Shown here piece by piece: positions 1-10,084 of a stretch of DNA of 64,000 nt. Location of the stretch: contig SMSO01000014.1 of assembly GCA_004764695.1 (NCBI GenBank), positions 863,648 to 927,647 of the forward strand, written 5' to 3'. The position numbers were made by a program, and so were the translations under genes. Under the pieces are notes generated by a model. The model was not told where the DNA came from and made no database searches. It was given only the letters and a program-made list of their open reading frames with translations. Within the stretch, counting starts at the first letter, position 1; every line of letters begins with the position of its first letter. The stretch is from Schizochytrium sp. TIO01 (lineage: Eukaryota; Protista; Bigyra: Labyrinthulomycetes).

Positions 1-491
1 TCTCTACATCTGATTTCGCATACGTTATTTATTTTAAAGTTTAGTTTTAGAAAATACTGCCTTCTTCTTGTACTACAATTTTTTTATAAATTGAAATCTG
101 ATTTGATTTTTTAATTTTTTTTGTACAATGTTTTTTTAATGATGTTTTTAAATTAATATATATATATTACAACTAAGAACCAAGAATTAATTTCATAGAT
201 AGTGAAGGCGGCAGTACTTGTGGTGTCAACCGATGACTCTCTGGCACATAGCCCAGGGAGCGAGGAATTGAGTCACGTTAATCCCTTGCTCGGTCTTTGG
301 CTACCTACTAACTGCTTTTTAAAAGTTCTGCGCTCCATGCCGACGAGTATGTAGGGACTGGATTTTAGAGAAATCATAAATTAATTCCTTGAAAAACTGT
401 TGATTGAAAACAATTTTCTTTCTTTTTCTTCTTACAGCATCCAATTTCCAACTTGAACTTGGAGGGGGGCCGCCACCTGCTTGTTGCTTAC

Positions 492-775
492 CTGTAAGAG
501 TATTCGCTACACCAGCTGACTTTTCGCCACCAAGGCGGAGCAAGCCGAGGCAAAGCAGCAAAAAACTACAGACCAGAGCAGCTCGGTGCGTCTTTCGTGT
601 GTGCCGCGTGAAGAGCTGGCTGCTGTCTTGAACTTCACTCAGTTCTACACCGCAAGCAGCCCAGCCGAGCTTACATACAAGCCTTTCTTTTTCTTTTTCT
701 TCTTCTTCTTCTTCTTCTTCTTCTTCTTCTTTTTGATTCACTGATTAACTTACCCGAGAGCCGGGCAAAACACAT
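492..775 (-). CDS. Possible first two coding exons (775-754, 644-492) of a gene running off the left edge; hydrophobic signal/TM-like segment
   Basis: ATG at 775, donor GTAAGT at 753, acceptor TAG at 645, donor GTAAGC at 491. Phases are compatible (1-1) and give MCFARLSELSEVQDSSQLFTRHTRKTHRAALVCSFLLLCLGLLRLGG. No homology recognised. Confidence 0.3.
697..731. repeat. (TTC)n microsatellite
   Basis: About 11 tandem TTC units. Confidence 0.95.
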
Positions 776-1016
776 CTCTTGGAAAGAAGGTCGTTCGAAC
801 ATGTTAGGTACGTAGTGTTTTTCCAGTGAGGCGCTGAGAAGAAAAAGCCTGAGATTCTGAGATCAGCAACGATGGCGAAGGTGTATTAAATATTCCATTC
901 GTTCTCTCGCTGCACTGCCACGGGCAGCCAGCCAACAAAAGCTTGCGTATGCATCGAATTTAATATGATGTTATATTATTTGCAGTGGGCGCTAGCTTCG
1001 AGACAGCAGCTGCCAA

Positions 1017-1057
1017 TTGCTTGCTTGCTTGCTTGCTTGCTTGCATGCATGCATGCA
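1017..1057. repeat. (TTGC)n(ATGC)n compound microsatellite
   Basis: ttgcttgcttgc...atgcatgcatgca read directly. Confidence 0.95.
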
Positions 1058-2580
1058 GCCGCCCTCCTTGCAATTCGCAATTAGTTTAGTAGCTATCTAG
1101 CAAGACATCAGCCCGAGAGCGGGAAGGGAGTCTGAATGTGGCATTAGTTTGGATGTAGTTGATTAATCTGACGTCAGATCGCTTCTTCCGCGTATGTCAA
1201 AGCGGTGATCGAAAAGGAATGGGGAAGCTTTTTTCCTTCACTTGTTTGCTGATTTGAGACACCATCGGTATCCGTGAATTAGATGGAATGAGGTGCTCGC
1301 CAAGAAATCAGTAGTGGTAATCAACCAATCAACCAACCCCCTTATTCGTTCAGATGTTGTGCTAGAGGATGGACTCTTGATTGCAAAATCAAGATCACCC
1401 CACCTCAATCAACGCCGGCCACCCAAGGTGTTTGCTTGTTCGAAGAAACGCAAACTCCGTTTAGTTTTGACTTGGCCACATGAGTCAAGCTGCTTTGGCC
1501 TCTTCTTCTTGCCACCATCCGAACACAACCGTAGGTACCTCACCTACCCACAACTCTTCAAATATTACATTCCAGTATTTGTTTACCTTTTTTAGTAACT
1601 CATTATTATACGCTGTTATAATTAAATTATATTTTATATAACTAAAGAACCTGGGCTTTCGATAAAAACCATTGAAGCGACACTTCTTGGATTTGCTAAG
1701 TGAGTATGTTTGTTTTGCATGTTAGCATTAAAATTTACTCATACGAGTGCAAAATAAAGTCATCTCATCTCCACAATAGAGAGCAACCATGTTTAAGAAA
1801 GAAAACTTTGGGGTGACACAACTTTTTATAAATTGAAAATATATAAAACAAAACAACTCTAAAACTTCAAAGTTGTTATATTAATTTGTTGATTTTGATA
1901 CTAAGTAGAGCTCTAGAGTTAGCGAAAAGCAACTCTAATGGTTAAGCCCGTGCCCTTGAACTTCGCGAAATTGAAAGAGAACAAGGGCTTTCTTTCATCA
2001 TGTTGATTGCTTCAAACGAAATTGGAGGAGCTCTTTGTATATTTCCGGTTCGTTTGCTTATTATTTCTCGTTGCTCTTTCAAGGACCCAGGAAACAGCAA
2101 CCAATCTTCCGAGTCTTCGTGCAAAAATTAAAAAACTTTGAAAGAGGAGGAGTTAGTACCTACCTACCTGCAGAGGTATTCTCCCCATCATAAACAGCAT
2201 AGCGCCGCTCATTCGAGCTCTCTCTCTCCCTCAATTGTGTGTCAAAAGAGGCTGCGAACGCCTTTAATTGAGCAAATTCACACGCAAACTCCTCGCGACC
2301 CAATCACCTCAGACCGAAACGAGCGCACTATCGAAATACACCCGAGAGTCGCTCAGTTCTCGCGGATCACCGACTCCAGCGCAATGACCATGACAACCCC
2401 ATTACCAATACTATATACCGGACTAAGTGCACTCCAGCCTGTAAAATAGTGTAATGCTTTTTGGTGCGCTAATATCGGTACAGAAACCATGTTGTCTCCT
2501 ACAAGACCCAGCCAGTCCCAGAAATAGAAACTGATAATCTTCCTGGTCTGATATCATATAATTTCCTCCTACGGAAGCCC

Positions 2581-2681
2581 CGAATATCCGGGAGCAAAGG
2601 CGGAAATCCGATTTTAACCACTATGCTCGGAAATCCGCTGTGAATGCCGGAAATCCGCATAGGTTTGCAAGACGAAATCCA
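2581..2681. promoter_or_regulatory. Cluster of near-palindromic CGGAAATCCG motifs upstream of the LRR-NEL gene
   Basis: Exact copies at 2601, 2628 and 2648; degenerate copies at 2581 (CGAATATCCG) and 2672 (ACGAAATCCA). Regulatory role is inferred. Confidence 0.4.
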
Positions 2682-3599
2682 AATAAGAATGGACCGTGTT
2701 AAGGAGTCCACGGCGCGTGAATAGTGAAGTTTGGTGTATCCTGTACTATAGACCTCTTTTTACTCTATTTATAGCTCGTATAGTCTACTTATGGTCAAGT
2801 TATAGTCTACTGTGACGTACTGTATATACAACCCTCAGTGCTGTGTTTTCGAATAATTCCTTGCGGCTTTGCTTTCGATTCGATCACAAGTCTCGAGCAT
2901 ATAGACCTACGCGACTGCGGCAACCGCGGCGATCGCGGCGGCCCAGCCTCGCGACCTTCTCTCGACCTTGCGCCCTTAAATTGGCCTCGTGATTCCCTAG
3001 CGTCTGCCGCTGTTGCTGTGCTGCGGACGATTTGAAGGACTCCGCGCCGGCCGGCTCCCCTTTGAAAGGTCCCGACTTCACTACCGAAGCTCGGCTGCTC
3101 TGCTCAGGACTCGCATCGTTGCAGGAGAAAGAGGACTACTTTCTCCAAGCGTTTTTAACAGTCTGCGGATTCGACCCTCCCTTTCGTGGGCGAGCGAGAA
3201 GGCCGGTAAGAATTAACCGCATTGCAACTTATTTTTATTTGGTGGCAAAAGTTGTTGCTTTTCTATCGTTGTCTTTTGGACCCCCATCCTCAAACTCGAG
3301 GCTGTTGTGAGGGACTCCTGCGTTTAATTTGAGTGCCTGGGAAACAGCTGCCTACAAAAGCTTTACAGCTAGAGCATTGGAAAGCATTTGTGGAGTTATT
3401 AAAATTCCAAGAGCAAGAAATTGAACCTTCGCTAAGGTTCTGTGGGAAATCTAGATTAGATTACAAAGGCCTTGAAATTGGTGCGAGGTCAGCTCTCTAT
3501 ACTGAGAGCGTGGACTCCTGAAAGAAGCGTCTCCAACAAGGAGGCGAAAGAGTTGTATTTGACTACAATTCCGTGAATTTGAGATATACAACTTTCATA

Positions 3600-5794
3600 A
3601 TGAACATAGAGGAGGCATTGAATGCCTGTGAGACGGCTGTGAAAGAAGAGCTGCTACGATTCGAGAGTGGTCTCTCTGTTGATGATACGGGAAGGATTAT
3701 AGTTGATTGTGCTGCTACAGGCGTGGAGCCACGGATTGTAAATTTGCGGGCCAAAAAGGTTTCAAGAATCCCGCGTATAGCTGTGCAGGATGGAATTCTT
3801 GATGTAAGCGAAAATGATCAATTGGAAGAACTTCCGGCTGATTTAGAGGCATCCAGCCTGGTTGCTCAGTTATGCTCAAATTTGAAGCGTATTGGTGCGA
3901 ACTTAAAAATTAATGGAGGAAATCACATGACGGCCGAGATGGTAGCGATTCACAAAGCGTTTTTCCGAGACTCAGAGGTTGAAGACAGGCTTGCTTTCTG
4001 GAGGCTTTTATCTCATAACATTGTCACCGTGAGTGATGCTAAAGCACTCAGCCATAACGAATTTGTTAAACTTGGCTTTGAAAAGGGCCTTGCCCGGTAC
4101 AGCAAGATTGGATTGAAGAGCCTTCTGAGCAAGGCTACCTAAAGTATCCTGGTGACCTCGCTCTGGATGGCTGCGTTGCTCTGGAAGAGCTCCCTGAAGA
4201 TCTCTTTGTTCCGGGTTATTTGACATGGATGGGAACAGATCACCGCAGCGCACTTAAGCAACTTCCTGCGCGTCTCCATGTTGGCGGTGACTTGGATGGA
4301 AGAGAGTCTTCTCTTGAAGTTATCTCGCCTGGAGTGCGTGTGGACGGTTGGCTTCGCCTTGGAGGCAGTCAAATCCGCACCCTTCCTGCAGACCTAGAAG
4401 TTGGTAATGGTGTTAACCTTTTTGATTGCGCAAATCTTAAAGAGTTACCAGAGGGAATCAAAATCAAAGGAAATATTGTTCTTAATGGAAGCGAGGTTCC
4501 CTCATTACCGGAGTCCCTGCAGGAGATTTCTGGGCAGCTTCTTGCAGGAGTTGGCTTTCAAAACTTAATGAAGAACTTAACCGCTACTTCGGTTTTTCTT
4601 AATGGTGCAGATATCTTTGAAATTCCCTCTGGTTTACATCTTGCTGCCGAAAATGGAATTCTCAACGCAACAAGTTGCCCAAACCTTACTGTCTTTTACA
4701 CAAACGACTTTACTGGACGACGAGCCCGCTTTGATGACTGCAGAGCACTAGAACGTATTGAAGGCCCCCAAGCAGGCCAAAGTTTAGAAGCCCATAATTG
4801 CACTGCCCTTGTCAAGCTCCCAGACATGCTTCCTCTAGAATCATTCCGCGTGCCAGGATGCCGCGCACTAGAACGCATCCCCGTGTATAGGCCGACCCTT
4901 GACACTCCCGTGTGGTGCTTTGAGATTTCGGATTGCCCTCGTGTCACGAGCATTCCCGCGTCTGCCTTGCAAATTGGCACTTCACCTAAGAGATGTTCTT
5001 TCGAGATTGTAGGAAGCACAGGACTCGATGATGGTGCACTGATCTTTCTTCGTCAATATCTACCAAGCTCTTTATGGAGTCAGGCTCTCATCAGAACTGC
5101 CAATTGTAGTGGGAAAGTTACGTTTAGTACCTTAAGTCAAGCTCGAGACTTCTGGACTACTGTGGCGAAGGGGAATCGTGTACAGGACCAGGTCAGCCCA
5201 CGTCGCTCCTCGTTTCGTCGTTTCTCGAGTGGATCTTCGTCGGGATCTTCAACGAAGATGCGAGGAGCTGTTGTTCGTGCACTCTCATATCTACGTCCAC
5301 CATCACGGACCATACAACCACAGCTTCTCCACTTTCTCTATCTGTTACGTTGCACTCGCGAAATGCTTATGACAGAAACCCAACAAGGTTTTGCTAGTCG
5401 GATATGTGAAGTCCTTGATGATCTGTTATGCCTACCTCATGTTGAAGCTTATGTTATCAGCGAAATCAATGACGATTCCACCAGCTACGACGCCTTATCG
5501 GTTTTGTCAGATCTTTACGTTGTCGACGCAAATTCAAAACTCGCAGACTCTGATGCTCTTGCAGCAAGAGATCGTTTAAGCAAGGTTCGTTTTGCATCAA
5601 AAGAATTTCGAGAATCTCAAAATCTTGATCAGAGTTGTGCTTTTACTATCCAGACGGCGTTCGAACTTGCCTTCGCTGATGTTTTTGATCTGCCTGTCTC
5701 TCGCACCCCCATGAACATTCCGTATTTTATGCAACCAAGCGCAGAAGTCCTAGAATTATGTCGAAAGCAAGTAACGACATCCTCTAAAGACTGA
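3600..5794 (+). CDS. Leucine-rich repeat protein with a C-terminal NEL (IpaH/SspH novel E3 ligase)-like domain, about 731 aa, split by one frameshift near 4081-4084
   Basis: Both ORFs (3573-4142, 4220-5794) carry the same LxxLPxxLxVxGxL repeats. The second frame is open from 4082 (KGPCPVQQDW...GDLALDGCVALEELPEDLFVPGYL). The C-terminus FLYLLRCT..GFASRICEVLDDL..AFELAFADVFDLPVSRTPM parallels the IpaH NEL domain. Confidence 0.7.
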
Positions 5795-8700
5795 ATTAAT
5801 TTCATCAAGTGAGCCAATAGATCTAGGTACAACTTTGCCAGAATATTCAGTTGCTATTTTCCCACCCCTAAAAAATGGTGCTATAATGGATTACTCAAGA
5901 TTGTTCCTATATTATTATTACTACCAATACTACTAATATTACTAATACTTATACTTATGTTTCTTCAACACAAACTACAAACTCTTTTCGAGAAATTGCT
6001 ATTAAAAAGGTTGTACAGATAGCCAGACAAGATACATAATTTCTATAGATCCAATACTCACCTGCTTCTGCGAGTTCTTGTCGTTCTGGCCTGAATTTGT
6101 CTGAATAAGCAGATTAGCCCGTGCCGCCACGTGTCAACTTGCGATGAACAAAAGTCCCTCCCACCGTCCTGAGACTAAGATCAACAATGGTCGTCGGAAA
6201 GATTGAATTGAAGGAGAGGATGATTTCAGGCGCCAATATTTATGATAGAAAGCTCTTTGAATTAGTACCTCATAGGTTTTTTGATAAACTAAATAAAGGT
6301 TATTCTTCAAAGGTTCCGCTCCTTTCACCTTTGCTCCTACTTTGGTAGTGATTTTGTGAAATTTAAAAGCTAAAAGTAATATTAAATCCTACAGCTTTCG
6401 TTAAATTGATCTGTAGCCTGAGGATCTATAATCGAAAAGAGTCTTTGTTGCAGCCTTTTATTCCAATCGGGAAGACACCAACGCAGTTCGAGATATGTAA
6501 GTTCTCAATCCAGTTCTTTCAATTTTTGGCTTAAGACGTTGTCCACTCCTGGATAGCTCCATTTCGCAAAACATGTTGGTCTTTGTTTCTTTCTACATCT
6601 TGAAAGCGTCCGAACAATGATAAGTTTTACTGTATCGTGGTATTATCTGAAACTTACTAGACTTTCCTTTTTATGGTGACCGTGAATAATAGACTGTGGC
6701 TCTTCTCTTTCTTTATTGGAAATCATCGACTTAATAATAGAATGTCCACTCTGTAAATAAGCAACACTGCTCACCATACAAGGAGATCTTTAGCGACCTA
6801 TCTGCTGTGCAGGTTTGAAAAAGGAATCGCTTCTATCCTAGTTGGTGAACTAATTCATTGTTTGCGGTTAAGTTTCTGTCACGCGCTGCGATGTCCTTAC
6901 GCCGACGTCTTGGCGCTTCGCACATTTGCTGTACAGCGCCCATGAGACCGTATCGGATGTAGCTAGCGACTTTGCGTGCATTGTTGTTAATTTTTGTACT
7001 AACTACTGGCATTCATATAAAGATTACATATACTTGTGACTCAAAGAAAGCACTAGGTACTATCCTGGAGATTTAGGAGGAGTTTTCAACAAGTAGTTAA
7101 ATACCTACTTAACAACCTAGATACCTACTAGTTTGAGGAGGTGGAAAGTCGGAGAGCTATTTTGATAATAAATATTGCAATGTAAAAGCATGTTAGGCAA
7201 CTATGGTAATTCGCAGAATTTACTATGTTGGATGCCAGCTCCATTGATGTCGTAACAGCAAGGCAAGGTCTCAATTTATGTTTGTTTAATTTGCTTGGAA
7301 CATGTGGCCATTCGTACCGCATGACACCGTTTGCGTCAATGATCTTATCGCATTGCCCTTTGCAGAATCTTCGTAGCCTTTCTATCGGACGAATTATCCC
7401 ATTCAAGTACGAGAGCAGTTTCAATAGCTTCTCCTATCAATCCTTTAACTTAGGCACTCAAATTAACACATACCATCATTGGTATAAGAAACCATCTATT
7501 CTTGTAGAATCTGGAACCTGTATATCATTATTGCACCCAACTTAGAGCAAGAAGCATCCAGCTAATGGCTCGGTCTACTCAATTATATTGCAAGGAAGGG
7601 AGTCACTTCCTTCTTTCTGTTTCCACATGAGTGGCCTTGCGGGAAACGAAACAGCTAGGACACCCATTTTGGCCCCCTGGGTCCAAACCAGCGCAATTAA
7701 ACAGTTTATCAACCCAGCAAGGATGGTTCCTAAATCAGAGCGTGTGCGAAGAAAGGCTGCTCCATCATGGCAATCTGCCTTTTGTGCTACTTAAAGCAAG
7801 CCAAAGGGGAATGAAATCTTGTAAGGAAACCTTTTACCTGGGAGCGAGCCAGCTGCATGAATGGCCCCAAGTGTCCAAGCAAGCTAAGGGACCATGCTTT
7901 AAAGTAAATAAATAAAAATTTGGCAAGAAGGAAGGCCCAGAGGACAAGACGCCCTGCCTTGGAAGTTGTCCAGCTGACGACGTGAATAACGTGAGAGAAC
8001 CTAAACATATGATGTAGCCTGTAAGCACGTGCCGGGCTTCCTTTTTAATTAAATTTTAATTTTTCACAAATGCCTCTTTTTTATCGACTTGCAAAATCTA
8101 AAAAGCGCCTCAATCTCTGCGAGGTAAGTACGAGTCTGTAAGAGCTGAGATCACACTGCAGATTATCGTGCCAAGATTGCCCGCCCTGGCCGTATACTTA
8201 GAGAATCACTACCTACTATTTGGATAAGGACTCATGCAACCTACCTTCTCTACGGGCAGACACACACTTTGAAGCAAGCTAGTACACACCATCGTCACGG
8301 TTGTGCTTTTAGAAAATATGAGAAATCCCTCTTTGCGAGTTCCTGCAGCGGTAGACCAAAAACAACTTTGTGCCACCACTTGCAGAAACTCTCTCCTTTC
8401 TGCCAAACTACATCTTCATAAAGGCTCCTACAATGTACATTCATTAATATTCACCCGCACAAAGCCGGCCCAGACTGTCTCCGCGCTTGAAACCTGGCAG
8501 GACCTTCCGATACGTGCTACAAAAGAAACACAAGGAATTGCTTCTCTTACTCAGGCGATGAGCTTAATCGATTGTGTCAAACCATCATAGTTTTCCTGAA
8601 GATTCTACGTGTAAGATAGAGGCTTTTTTAGGTTGTCCAATTCAGAGAAGAGCCTGATTCAGAGGCGGCTCAGACTTGCAGGTACGGAACCTTAGAGAGC

Positions 8701-10084
8701 AAGGAACAGCGGACGCCCGATACGAATTACGCGACGCCTGCGTGGTCCATTCCTTAAATTCAGGGCCTCGGTATTTTTCAGCAAGCCACTAGACCGCTAA
8801 AGTAAACCTAATTTCAACGAACACAGTCATGGCGTTGAAGGCTTCGTACAGATTCAATTTAGTGACCGAGTTGGTTTTGGAGAGCCACGTCAGAGTTGCT
8901 TGAGTCTTTCAAGCCATCTTAGTTAAAAAATTGGAGCACGCATGCATTTTGAGCAGGAGCTTTTCCCTATAAAAGCACTCGCTCGAGGTCCCTCCCTCCC
9001 TACCTCCCTCCCTCTCAAATCAACTTAATGCCGATTCCTGCGGCAAGGCGAAGCCTAGCAGATGAATGAGGAGGATGCCGAGCTGCAGTACAGCCCTGGC
9101 CGCTCAGGCCGTCAGCGACGGTCCAAGGTCTTTTCGCGTGCGCCTTTTGCTCCCAGTGTCATGCCAGAACTGCCAAAAACAGCGCGTGAGACAGACCCAC
9201 TCACCCAATGCTTGACTTATTAACAAACTAGCTTGAACCAACTCTGAAGGAGCGTAATGAAATGAATATTGGTGGAAGGAGTTAGCACGTTCCTGCTTTG
9301 ATGATTATGGTGATTGCGTGTGCTCAAAAGTGAAAGAAAAGAGTGTGTGAAAGAGTGAGCGATGAAAGAGGTAGGTAAGTGAGCAATCAATCAAACATCT
9401 TCACCAACAGCACCATCCAGTTTCGCTTGGGTGGACTCGATCATACGCCCTCTGCACCAGGGATGTAATCCTTCCGTGGGCCAGTCGGGCTACTTGTCGA
9501 GCTGAGGCGTCTCAGCTCGTATCGTTGCTTGCGCTTTTAGTGAATTTATGTACCAGTACTTGTCCCCACGTGCTTTGCCGTATATATATTTTTTTTTAAA
9601 TTTTTACTGAGGCTTCTAAGCGGACCTACCTGATTTAGCTACGAGGGCTAATGATCTATCCCTCTCTGTACTTTTTAATTTAAAAATTAATAATAACCAT
9701 AGAACAGCTTGAGGCTCCTTTGTAGAAAGTTTTTTTCAAGTTTTTTTTTTTCCAGGTTTTCATAAATGTGAGGTGCCCCTGCGCACATCACGCTGCAGCA
9801 GTTGCCGATTGCGAGCTGTGCAGACTGCGATTGTAGGCAGGAAGGTGGTGGTGTGGCTAACCTAAACCCGGGCTCGCCACAGCTTGAAAGGAAGGGGTTC
9901 CTCTTGCAAGCAATACTCTTCGCTCCTCACGAACACCGGGTCCTTCAGGTTGAGCGAGCCGAATCTTGTGCACGTGCGTGCAAGTGCCAGATAGACCTGG
10001 GCGAAAGGCGTAAAGCGCAAGTCCAAGAGCTGGACTTGACAAAGAAGCTAAAGAACAAGCAGAAAGCGACGAAGACAGATAAAC

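Noticed and set aside
233-264. SECIS-like ATGA-stem-GA hairpin
   Set aside because: Stem too short, no apical AA, and no upstream selenoprotein visible in the window
2581-2681. CRISPR-like repeat-spacer array
   Set aside because: Repeats are only 10 nt, spacers 10-17 nt, there are no cas genes, and the context is eukaryotic
7291-7882. Weak inverted similarity GAATGGCC...TCCAAGCAA as transposon terminal repeats
   Set aside because: Short and gapped; flanks do not extend; no target-site duplication or transposase
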